A DNA stretch of 64,000 nt from Azolla caroliniana (taxonomy: Eukaryota > Plantae > Polypodiophyta): the NCBI GenBank assembly GCA_043228905.1, contig JBHGNT010000008.1, positions 7,254,001-7,318,000 on the forward strand, written 5' to 3'. The notes under the pieces are model-generated. The model was given only the letters and a program-made list of their open reading frames with translations, was not told where the DNA came from and made no database searches. The stretch's first letter is position 1. The number at the start of each line of letters is the position of its first letter. Positions 25,816 through 37,485 of the stretch are shown here, piece after piece. A program made the translations under genes and the position numbers.

Positions 25816-25992
25816 CGTCTCGCTCACTCCTTCCTTCTCTCTCAAAGTTCTACACCTCTCATAGTACTAATCCTTCGTTTAGTACTAATTCCTTCTCTGT
25901 CTCAATACTGTTCCTGACAGTTTGAACCAAATTTTCTACCTTCTATCTCTCTCATTTCCTACTAATATCTTATTCCTCTTTTCTTTCATCCC

Positions 25993-28900
25993 ATGGCCAC
26001 TGTTAGCGCTGAAGAATATCAATCTGTTTTCTCGGAATTTCAATGCTTGAAAGAGAAGTTCCATGCTTTGGAACAAGAAAACCAACGATTGTTGGGGGAT
26101 CTTCAGCAAATCTCCTTAGAAAAGCAGCAAACGCAACAACAGCATGGGGAACTTGCGTTACGCGTGCAACAACTCGAAGCAACCATCGTAGCGATGCAAC
26201 AACATGGGCCCGGAACACAAGGGATTCATAAAGAACCCAAGATTGGCCTTCCCACGAAGTTTGATGGAACGCGATCGTAGTTTAGAGGGTTCCTTAACCA
26301 GGTACGATTAGTTATCCAAATGCATCCTTCCCGATATCCCAATGATGCATCACGAGTGGGTTTAGTAGGCACTTTGTTAAGTGGCTCAGCGTTGTCATGG
26401 TTCGCTCCACTATTAGCAAAGGAATCTCCGTTACTCAACAACTTTGAAGAGTTTCTAGGTGAGTTTAAAGCATGTTTCGGATATACTGACAGCATTAGGA
26501 CCGCAATCAACAAAATTCGGCGATTACGCCAAGGTGACCGTCTAGCCTCCGCATACGCTGCAGATTTTCGCCTACTCGCCGCCGATATCCCTTGGGATGA
26601 TCAAGCGTTGATGGAGCAATTCCGTTATGGTTTACGCAACGACGTTAAGGATTTACTCTTGACCTTCCCCGAAGAGCCAAAGTCCTTAACAGAAGCAATC
26701 AGTCGCGCGGTGAGATGTGACAACCGCCTCTTTGAGCGACGTTCGGAAAGACAGCTACAGATGCCGAGGCCAAGATCAGAGCCCACCTACGCCTCAGTGG
26801 TAGCAAGACCTTTTCCGAGGGAGTCATATAATGCGCCTCCAACGAATACTCTGACTCCGATGGAGAATGACACTACACGTCGTCGAGGGCCATTATCCGA
26901 AGAAGAAAAGCAGTGACGCCGTACAAATCGACTATGTCTTTACTGCGGTGGACCAGGACATATCGCAATAAATTGCCCCCATAGGCCTCGAAGATAGGTA
27001 AACCAAATAGTCGCTAGTTCTAATTGTACTAAACCCGAGCCTATTTCAGTAGGAATATCTGATAGTCCTAATAGTCCTAATAGCCCAGATCTAGCGAACA
27101 AATTTGATGTCCTTAGTCAGTTAGAAGAAGAGTTAAACGACTAAGTCCAACCAAAATAGGAGCCGTTTGGTTGGACAACCCTAGATCTGTGCAACCCATT
27201 AGTGGTTCCATTCCCTCTACGCAATTTAGTGATGTGTTCGTAGCCCAAGTAATAGTTAGTACTAAAAGTACCCCTCCAGTACATGTCCTACCACTCTTAG
27301 ATTTCGGAGCTAACTCTTGCTTTATGGATAAGAAATTTGCTCAAGCTCATAAGATATCCCTAAGAAAACTCCAGTGTCTAGCCTCTATAGTAGTCATTGA
27401 TGGACGTCCCATTGCTTCCGGAAATATAATAGAAGAGTCAGAGCCCATTAATATTGTCCTAGATAACTTAGCATGTGTAGTATCATTTAATATTATTAGT
27501 ATCCCAGAACATCCTATAGTTTTAGGATTACCGTGGTTCGAGTTACATAACCCAAACATAGATTGGAGAACAAGAGAAATCCAGTGTCGACAAACCCAAG
27601 GGTCAACTCAGAAGATGGCAACCATTTCACTACGTCAGTTGCGTAAAGAAGGGCGCGAGGAGGAAATGTTCCTCTTTGCAATATTAGTAAACCCCTCTAG
27701 CACCACTAAAGAAGAATCCACCGTTCAACTTCCCGAGAAGTATCGTCATTACGCCGATGTGTTCGATAAAGTACAAGCCAACACACTTCCTCATCATTGA
27801 CCGTACAATTGCCCCATCTATTTACAACCGGGAAAAGAGCCGCCATGGGGACCGATCTACAATTTGTCACCAACCGAGCTGGAAGTCCTTCGGGCCTATA
27901 TCGAGGAGAATTTGGAAAATGGTTTCATTCGACATTCGAAATCTCCAGCCGGCGCGCCCATTTTCTTCGTCAAGAAAAAAGATGGATCGCTTCGTCTCGT
28001 TGTAGATTACCGTGGCTTGAATAAGGTTACAATCAGGAATAGGTATGCTCTTCCCCTTATCTCAAGTCTTTTAGAACGGATCAATGGTGCCAAGTTCTTC
28101 ACGAAGATCGACTTACAGGGAGCATATAACCCGTACCGATCCGACCAGGAGACGAATGGAAGACTGCGTTTCGCACCAGATATGGGCACTTCGAGTATAC
28201 GGTCATGCCGTTCGGCCTCACTAATGCGCCGACAGTCTTCCAGCACATGGCTAATGATATATTCCGAGATCTATTGGATGATTGTTTGATCATCTATTTG
28301 GATGATCTACTGGTTTATTCAAAGACCCAAGAAGAACATGATTCTCATGTACTATTAGTACTAAAACGACTTCGAGAACATGGTCTGTATGCAAAGCTGG
28401 AAAAATGTAGTTTCGGGTGCAACCAAATGGAATTTCTCGGCTACATCATTTCGTCAGAAGGCATCTCCATGGACCCAGCTAAGGTCAAAATGGTGGTAGA
28501 ATGGCAGACTCCGCGTTCGGTGCGGGATGTGCAATGCTTCCTAGGCTTTGCCAATTTTTAACAGAAATTCATACAAGATTACTCAAAGATCGTTCTACCT
28601 CTCACACAACTTACCAGGAAGGGACAACCGTTCATCTGGTCTGAAGAAACGGACATGGCTTTCGAGAGTCTTAAAAAGGCATTTACATCGGCTCCAATTC
28701 TAGCTCATGTCGATCCGGAAAAAGCATTCATTATCGAAGCTGACGCATCGGATTTTGCATTGGGGAGCATTCTGTCACAACAAGGGAATGATGAGAAGCT
28801 ACATCCTGTGGCTTTTCACTCACGCAAGTTTGACGCCGCCGAAATTAACTACGAAATTCATGATAAGGAGCTATTGGCAATAGTGGATTCTTTTATGCAA

Positions 28901-30727
28901 TGGAGGCATTTTCTGGAGGGATCCTCTCATCCAATCACCGTATTTAGTGATCACAAGAATCTTGCCTACTTTCAGGATGCTCGTGTGTTGAATCAACGTC
29001 AAGCTCGGTGGGCCCACTTCCTCACGCGTTTCGACTTCAAAATTACATATCGTTCGGGGAAGCACCAAGGGAAGGCAGATGCATTATCACGACGTTCGTA
29101 TCTAGCACCCCGTCCCGGCGAGCCAGCTTTCGATAACCAAAAACGAGTCATCTTGGGACCAACACAACTACAAGCAACACAGATCTTTGACATGCCCATG
29201 GATTCCTGCGTTATCGATACCATACGTGAAGACTTGAAGACAGATGCATTCGCCCAAGCTATACTAGCACAAATTGATCCCTCTCGAGCGTCGTGTTCAC
29301 AGTCGCAACCACCAGGTACGGACTATCGGCAATTCAAATACCATGATGGGTTACTCTTCTTTAAAGAACTTTTGTATGTTCCTAATGGTTCTTGCCGCCT
29401 TCGAGTAGTTCAAAACTGCCATGACACATATACAGCTTGGCATTTTGGTAGTACTAAAACATTGCATTTAGTACAACTATCATTCTGGTGGCCCTGTATG
29501 CGACAATTTGTCGAGGATTTTGTTCGGACTTGTGATACATGTTGCAGAGCGAAAATGCCAAGGCATCATCCATATGGTTTATTAGAACCATTACCAATTC
29601 CAAGCAAGTCGTGGCAATCCATTGCTCTAGACTTCATCACAGATCTTCCTGTCTCTAAGGGGTTCAATGCGATTCTAACGGTGGTCGATCGATACACGAA
29701 GATGGCTCATTTCTTGCCATGTACTAAGGAGATCTCCAGTGAAGACACTACCGAAATTGTCATGCGTGAAGTATGTCGGCATCATGGACTTCCCGATAGT
29801 ATCATCAGCGACCGTGGACCCTAGTTCGTGTCAAAATTCTGGAAGCACCTTTTTAACATGCTCAAGGTCTCTTGTAACCTCTCCTCCGGCTACCATCCAC
29901 AAACCGATGGCCAAGCTGAACGAACAAATCAAACGCTGGAGCAGTATCTGCTGTGCTTTCTCAGTTATCATCAGGACGATTGGGCAGATATTCTCCACTT
30001 CGCTGAATTTGCCTATAACAACTCTATCCACGCATCCACTAAAGTTACGCCATTTTATGCTTATACGAGATGTCACCCCCGGTGGAGTGTACTTGAAACC
30101 CCAGAGGTGTCCACAAATCCGTGCGCGGAGGATCGTTTGGAGCGGTTACGCAAGATACAAGCGGATTTATCTACTCATCTCCAGCAAGCTCAACAAACAC
30201 ACAAGGTCTACGCGGATCGTCATCGACTTCCATCCAGTTTTAATATTGGAGATCGGGTGTGGCTGCTACGACGACACATCAACACTACTCGCCCATGTGA
30301 GAAGTTGGATTATCGGCGATTAGGTCCTTTCCGTATTATTGGACAGATTAATGATGTCGCTTTTCATCTCGATCTACCTCCTCAACTTCGGATACATCCG
30401 GTGTTTCATAGTTCTCTCCTCGAACCCTATCACGAGAGCACCATCCCAGGACGTCTTATCAAACCTCCACCCCCGATCGAGCTTGAAGATGGGCCAGAGT
30501 ACGAGGTTGCCGCCATCCTTGATTCCAAGATTGTTCGCAACAAGCTCTACTATCTAGTCGATTGGCTAGGCTATAGTCCCAGCGAACGTACTTGGGAACC
30601 GATCGAGAATGTGACCAATGCTCGTGCTCTTCTTGAAGACTTCCATCGTCAATATCCACACAAACCGGGTCCTCAATCCAAGACGACTCGTGACACTCGT
30701 CGTTTTAAAGGGGGGATAATGTCATGA
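25993..30727 (+). pseudogene. G2 gag (25993-27144) and pol (27132-30727), several stops and a frameshift
   Basis: PEG10-like gag (PKIGLPTKFDG), CCHC knuckle, PR, RT YLDD, RNase H DASD, IN, CHD. Confidence 0.93.
27132..27184 (+). other. -1 ribosomal frameshift signal of G2
   Basis: G_TTA_AAC in gag phase, 6-nt spacer, 11-bp stem GTCCAACCAAA/TTTGGTTGGAC; pol is in the -1 frame. Confidence 0.8.
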
Positions 30728-31009
30728 TATGGCAAGACTCGAACCCATGACCTTAGGTTATATGGGTCGAGCTCTTGACCATTAGACCATCTATTGTAAT
30801 AGGTAGGATATTATTTTCATTTACATTTTATTATAGGAAATTAGTGTATATTCTAGATTTCTCTGGAACATTCTAGAAGCTTTAGGATTACTCCTGAAAA
30901 CACTATAAAAGAGGGCACTAGGCATTATGTTGAACCAAATTGGTTCAACGCCAGTCTTAAGCCTTTTAGCCACCATTGTATATTCTCTTCATATAATACA
31001 TATCTTTCT

Positions 31010-31054
<45 letters not shown>

Positions 31055-32713
31055 CCCGTCTCGCTCACTCCTTCCTTCTCTCGAAGAAGTTCTACACCTC
31101 TCATAGTACTAATCCTTCGTTTAGTACTAATTCCTTCTCTGTCTCAGTACTGTTCCTGACACCTGGGAAAGGAGGAACACGTCGGTGCTCCTCTAGGAGT
31201 TCGAAAAACAGTTCGCACGGCTGTCAACGCTGGACCGGACCGTGCTCGACACAAGCCATATACTACTATTTGTCAAGTCGGTGGACGCCATGGACTGGGA
31301 GAAGCTGGGTCTACTGTTGGAAACGGATGAAGGGCTCACGACAGACTAGGCCATGGTAAGGAGGGTCTGCAGTCGTTTCAACAAGCGGCGTGAGTGGAGC
31401 GACGAGGGCTTGTCGGCGGCAAGGCCGGTCTAGGCGAGGGAGCTCGAGGAGCTGGCGTCAATACCGGCTAGGAAGGAAGAAACTCAGAGTTGGCTTGAGA
31501 CGGGCTCAGCCCCGAGTGGAGTGGTCAAAGGTCCCTCCGAAGGCGCGTCTCTAGAGGAGTTGTCGTAGATGGTGCGAGATTTCCAAATCGCACAGGCCCG
31601 GAGCGACAACGGCGAACAGTCTCGTGACCGAAGGCCGCCGGCGGGGCAGTGGTGCATGTGGTGCGACGCGGTCGGCCACATCCGGAAAGAATGCGCGGAT
31701 TTCGCCGAGGCACTCAGGGCCAACGTGGTGTCCCTCTGGAATGGGTGGGTGCACGCGAGCGAGACCAAAAAGCCCTAGAGTTGAATACGGGGCGCGACGG
31801 AATGAAGCGGTTGATGGAAGAGGCCGCGACACGACATGCAGAGGCCGTTAACTACTCGGCGTTGGCGGTAATCTCGGTCGGGGGTGATGAGGCCCGGAAA
31901 GCGAAGGACTCTAGATTCTGGCCGCTAGTGCTAGAGGGTCTCTCCGGAGTATGGTTGAAGAAGGAAGCGGCTAACCACGCGGAACAACGGATTCGGGAGG
32001 TCACCGGATGGGACGACCCGATGGAAGAAAAGACTGGCTTTGTAGCAGCCGCATGCCAGAACTACGAGGTTCTGGTAGAAGACAAGCGCGTGAGAAAGGC
32101 CGGAGGGGGCGGCCCCTCGCAGCGGTACGAGACCCGGTTCGAACCGAAGCTGAATGAGGCCGACAACGCCGGCACACCGGAGCAGAAGAAGCAGGCCGGT
32201 TTCCGACTGAGCACCGAAATCGAACGAACAACAGACCTATGGAAGGTCTTGGAAGAGAGAATTCTCGACAGCAAGGTCGAGCTGTCGTTACGGGAGGTGT
32301 TGGGAATCGCCAAGAAGGAGTTCCACGATGGATTCGTGGACTTGGTGAAGCGGAAGAGGCTCTCGACGGAGCCGAAACCGAAGAGGCCGATGGAAGTGCG
32401 GACGACGCACTTAGAAGACACGACCCTAGAGGATGAGTTGGCGGAAAGCCATTATGCGAAGCTGCATTGGGCTAGGGCCACTACAAAAACCCTTGTTCGG
32501 ATCGGCGACGTCCAGGAGCCGATGGTGGCATTAGTAGACCACGGTTCAGAGATCAACCTTATGTCCATGGACTTCTATAAAAAGGGGAAATGGCCGATCA
32601 ACACAAAGCATGGGTGGAAGATACGCGCGGCGACGCGCGCTACAAAGGAGCTGCATGGTGCGTGCCCGAACGTATGCGTGAAGATCGACGACGTCGAGAT
32701 AGATCAACATTTC

Positions 32714-33379
32714 ATTATAAACCTTGCGGTCGGAACAAGGAGTGCGAAATGGGGGGTCATCGGTGGGTAGAGGTTGGAGAAGATGTCGGAGAGGAGGAAC
32801 ACCAAGGTCGATTAGAGCGCACCCGAATCGTGAAAGTGCTTGGTGTAGAGGAGGAAGGCGGGAGTGGGGATAAGAGATTAAGTTTAGGATTTAAAAAAAA
32901 AAAAAAAACGAGATCAAAGAACATAATGGAAAAACAGGAGTAAAGAACATAGTTAAAAATTTGAGAGGGGAGAGGGTTACCATGCTAAGGCTGAACATAA
33001 ACATGAATGAAAACAATTAACACATAAACTAACCCTAAATATAAAAAACTAGAAACGTAATCATAAAACTAGAAACGTAATCATAAAACTAGAAACATAA
33101 ACCTAAAATAAGGTAAAAGGAGGGTAGTGGGTGAGAGAGGGGGAGAGAGAGATTAAAACATTAAAACATTATTATGTCCAAGATTAAGAATAAAAACGAG
33201 TTTAAAAACCTTGTTATACATTAAAAAGAGGGGTAGGGGAGACAAGGGGATTAACATACTAATTAAAAACTAATTAAAAGGGAGAGAGAGAGACAGAGAC
33301 AGAGAAACATAAGTAAAACATGTAATTATCATTGGGCAAAAATTACATGGGGTTTGGGGGTGTTAGGGTATGGTCTTAT
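32714..33379. other. Unclassified AT/purine-rich insertion replacing ~35 bp of D protease
   Basis: Colinearity with E breaks at GATCAACATTTC| and resumes at |GGCGAACCGTAC; contains a 20-bp tandem repeat x3. Confidence 0.65.
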
Positions 33380-34298
33380 GGCGAACCGTACATTACGGCA
33401 ACACGCATGGAGGCGAAAGTACTGGACAACGGTTCGGCGTATGCGCGCGTCAAGAGCCAAGACGGTTAGCATTCCGTCCAATTCATGACAGTGCGACCCA
33501 ACCACGAGCGGAACCGCGAGACCCTCGGCGGCGACAACCGACGGGATTTTTAGAGAGGGCTATTAAGGCGTGGGGCCGCGATAATCCAAACACCCAGGAA
33601 GAACCCCACACATGTATTATAGGTAGGAAATTTTGGCTCTCCGAAAACGGAGGTTGTACGTTAACCGACATTAGTAGCCAGGAGAGGAAGCGAGTGGAGA
33701 GACGACTTAGGGTGTGTGGAGTCCTCTCCCCCGACGAAGAAATTATCGGCGCCGTGGAGGCGGTCTCTTTTGACGACACCTTGGGCGAATTACGAAAGTT
33801 GGTCGGTGAAGGCCTTAGCAAAGACCGGACCGTTCCGGTTAGCTCGATGGGAATGTACGAAGTCATCGCGGACTTCGGGGAGAGGATCAGGTCGGATCGA
33901 ACAACCCACGTGGATACGAAGTATAAGACTATGGACCGGAAGGTGAGGCCAATTGCGGCACCCTTTCCGGAGGGCAACGGAGAGCGGATAAAGGGGGTCG
34001 CGTCGGACCCAAGTTTACAGAACCCAGCCGGCATAGGGCACCGGTTCACCGACATGACGCTACGGGAGCTCAAGGTTGGTGGGGGTGGCTTTCTACTGCC
34101 AGAGGAGGACGACTGGTTTCGGAGGATGCTCGGAAGGCACGGGAAGGCCTTCGCATTCTCGCTGGAGGAGATCGGGTGCGTAGACCCGACAATCGTCGAG
34201 CCAATGGTGATCTTCACGGTACCGCATGTGCCGTGGAATCTCAAACCGATTGCGGTGCCCAGAGCTCACATCCCAATGTTGATGGAGCTACTGAAGCT

Positions 34299-35002
34299 TG
34301 TAAGAACTCAACGCTCCTTATGCGCAATGCTCGGCCACAACCGAGCTTAAAATCATACACAAAAAACGGGAATGAATGCACGACACAAGAGAAGAGACGG
34401 GTACGCAGGATGTTTACGTGGAAAACCCAAACTAAGGGAAAAACCACGGTAGCCCATAGGCTGCAAACTATCACTATGTTACAGTGTACAACAGTAAAGC
34501 ACCGAGGCAACAACCTCGAGCTTTCTATCTTCGCCACAGGCGGCGGTTACAACAGAGGGAACAACCTCTTCGTTTCTCACTCTCTCTCTGTACACAGTTA
34601 CACGCTCTTATCTTACGCAAACAAGAATGACAACAACTCATAACAAAAGTTTGCCCTAAGTCATATTTATACTAATATGACTTTTCGGTTATTTACAAAT
34701 ATAGCCACGATGGACTCTCATAAACATATTTACGAATATGTCTCTTCATCCAGTAAGCACTCCTCACTAGGCCTACATCATCCGGTGCTTGTCGGGTACT
34801 CGTCATCAAATTCTCACCGGGTCTTCCGTTTCCGGGTACTCGTCATCCGGTTCTCACCGGGTCTGCACCATCCGGCTTTCCGTAGCCGGGTACTCTTCAT
34901 CCGGTTCTCACCGGGTCTGCACCATCCGGCTCTCCGTAGCCGGGTACTCTTCATCCGGTTCTCACCGGGTCTTCACCATCCAGAGGGACCTGTTTCCTAA
35001 CA
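34299..35002 (-). mobile_element. Copia-type solo LTR (related to H LTR) without TSD, at the D pol deletion
   Basis: TG...CA termini; shares GGCCACAACCGAG, ACGTGGAAAA and TTTGCCCTAAGTCATATTTATA with H; ~54-bp tandem repeats 34790-34980; flanks AAGCT/GATAA differ. Confidence 0.85.
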
Positions 35003-36234
35003 GATAACAACGACGATCGGTTCGGAGACGCCGATAGTCTGGAGGGCGACGAGTGAACGCGAGCCGGTTTTCTCTGGTATCTGTCCCTCTCCGGTGCATA
35101 CCCGTGGATGCATGGTTTGTTGGGGGTGGATGTCGTGAAGAAAACCAGCTAGAAGCGGAATCGGCGAAGTAGGGTGCATGAACCGGGCCTACACTTTTCC
35201 ACACTAATTGATACCTTGTAAATAACTAGGAGTAGGACGGTGGGAGCAAAGAGACTAGATGTGACACATTGAATGTCTTGGAAATCGAAGAGTATCTCTG
35301 TCCGAAAGGACATAGAATAAATTGATGAAAACGAGGGTGCAATGGCCTGCCTCGACGACCTACAAAAGGGAAGGAAGAAGGCGGATGAAGATATCGTGTT
35401 TTGGGAGCGAGGAGGAAGTGTTGTCGGACTGGGGACCGAGCTCTCTCCTTCGTCGTTCGTCATTCTCTGCAGTATTTTGGACCGAGTTGCCTCTGCTTCG
35501 TGGACAGCCCGTGTGCTTCCGGCAGAGGCTCCACAGTGCAGTCAGGGTTGTGTGCGTGCGTGAGCATCGTGTGTGTGCGTGTTCGCCTGAGTTGGGTCCA
35601 TTGCCGGCTTGCTGGTTGTAATCGTTATTGGTTTTGTAATTAAGACTTGGTTCTCTCTCTCTTTCTCCCTCTGTGTTTCTGCAAGCCGCTCTCTCCCTCT
35701 CTCTTCTCTCTCATGCTCCTTGGTTCAAGGCCCTTGCGGTCCCGCCTCTTTCCACACGCGAAGAGCGTAACAACTTGACATAGGGACGTGTTTGAAGCAC
35801 ATCAAATCTCGAGTTTCAAGCGAGTTGCCGCCAACAATGTCCAAAGGCGGGTCATCGAGCTTCAAGAAAGGAAGACAATGTGGTCAGAGTTTGAAAGAGT
35901 AATATTAGCGGAGTTCGCGACAGAAGATTTGTTGAGGATGACTCGACATACCTTGGTAAAGTGGATAGAAAAGAAGAATAAGAGGGTGAGCGCTTTGAGG
36001 GTATACTACGAGTTTGACCATATGTATAGTAGTCTCCCCGCCACAGACCAACTGTTTGTTGAGGAGGACAAGACTTTGTACTTCCTGAAAGCTGTGGATA
36101 TGAAGGATAGACGAAAATTGGGGACTCTCCTTGAATATGATACCCAAGTGAACGGGCTTGTAGCAGACTGGATCGCAGTGAAGCGAGCGTGCAATAGGCT
36201 CGACAAGTGTCGTTAGTGGGTTCATGACACCGAC

Positions 36235-37485
36235 TTGGCAAGATCGACTGCCACGGAAAAAACAAGACCATGTAAAGAAGTCGAGCCGCCTAAACAACAC
36301 ATCCTAGACGAAAAGAAGATTGATGATGTCTCGAGGACAGTGAAGGCCATTTCAAAGGAGGACAATTGTTTCGGAATACGCGCCGTGTTCGAAACAATGG
36401 ATGATGAAGGAGCAAGCCTAATCAAAGCTTGCATCAAGGGAGATAAAGAGTGTGAGATCGACGTGATGGAGGAGATAGCCATGAAAAATGACATCGAGTC
36501 AGAGGTGGCTATGGACGAATTAATGACAGATGGCCACGTCGAGGATTCCTTCACACATGTTCCGGAGACTTGGGTAGTTGCAGAAAGCCAACATGAGACC
36601 CAAGAGATGGAAGGTGGTAGTAAGGGGAAGTACCAAGATGGAGTGCACAACAAAGAGGCCTAGCCAAGCACAGAAAGGAATGACAATGCCAAAGTGGGCC
36701 ATGTGGATCCGAAGGATGTGGTCTCGACATCTATTGTAGAGGACAATGGATGCAAAGCCTATGTAACGGTTGATGAGGAAGCCCCAAATGACAAGGTCAA
36801 GGAGGTGGGAGCGAACATCACAAGAAGGATAGACAATGACGATGGCCAAATTTTCTCCACACTTGTTCCAGAGACTTGGGCAGTTGCGTTTGAGAACCGA
36901 TGTAAGACCCAAGAGACGGGAGGTGATGGCGAAGAACCGAAGGTAGAGGCTAATACATGCAACGAAGAGAGAAGCATAATAAATGTTTGCTCAATAAAAA
37001 GGATCAATGGGTATGAGGCCCATGACTTTGAAGAGATAGCTATGGAAAATTACGTCAAGGTGAAGATGGTGAATGGCCATGAAGAGCCTTTCCCCGCACT
37101 AGTTCTAGAGACTTGGGCATTAACCGATGTAAGACCCAAGAGATGGAAGCTAGCGGCGAGGAAGCAAAGGTCAATGCTGATTCGAACAACTTTAAGATGG
37201 AAATGGCTAAGTGTTGCACGAAAAAGGTGGACGATTGAAATGCATGGGTCCCTCCACAATCATTCTAGAGACTTGGGCATTAACCGATGTAAGACCCAAG
37301 AGAAGGATAGTGACGAAGAAGAAGCAAGGGTTAAAGCTAATGTGTGCAAGAAAGAGTTTGAGCAAAATATGACAAGGGATGGCGATGGCCAAGCGAGCCA
37401 TGAGGATCCAAAGGATGTGATCAAAACATCTATCAAAGACGCTACTGTGAAGATTGTCAACAATAACATGAGATTGTACCATTAA
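36235..37485 (+). pseudogene. Acidic repeat-containing extension of element C ORF
   Basis: ORFs 36235-36663 and 36694-37485; GAGACTTGGG..(x)..AGACCCAAGAGA motif recurs 4 times. Confidence 0.55.

Larger units (their letters stand above)
25307..31161 (+). mobile_element. Element G2: Ty3/gypsy chromovirus (Tcn1/sushi-like) inserted in D gag
   Basis: TSD CCTGG; LTRs 25469-25919 (plus partial duplicate 25307-25463) and 30720-31161; PPT AAAGGGGGG; C-terminal chromodomain. Confidence 0.96.
24239..35780 (+). mobile_element. Element D: tRNA-Trp-primed non-chromovirus Ty3/gypsy (Phygy-like, inferred), RT-RH-IN deleted
   Basis: 650-bp LTRs 24239-24888 and 35131-35780; PBS TGGTGAACCCAATGTG at 24893; gag from 24933, zinc knuckle CMWCDAVGHIRKEC, protease VDHGSE. 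Confidence 0.92.

Noticed and set aside
33370-33545. N-terminus of the 326-aa ORF as real protein
   Set aside because: It is the -1 frame upstream of the slip site and begins inside the foreign insertion.
34790-34980. CRISPR-like repeat array
   Set aside because: Head-to-tail ~54-bp tandem repeats without unique spacers, inside a eukaryotic LTR.
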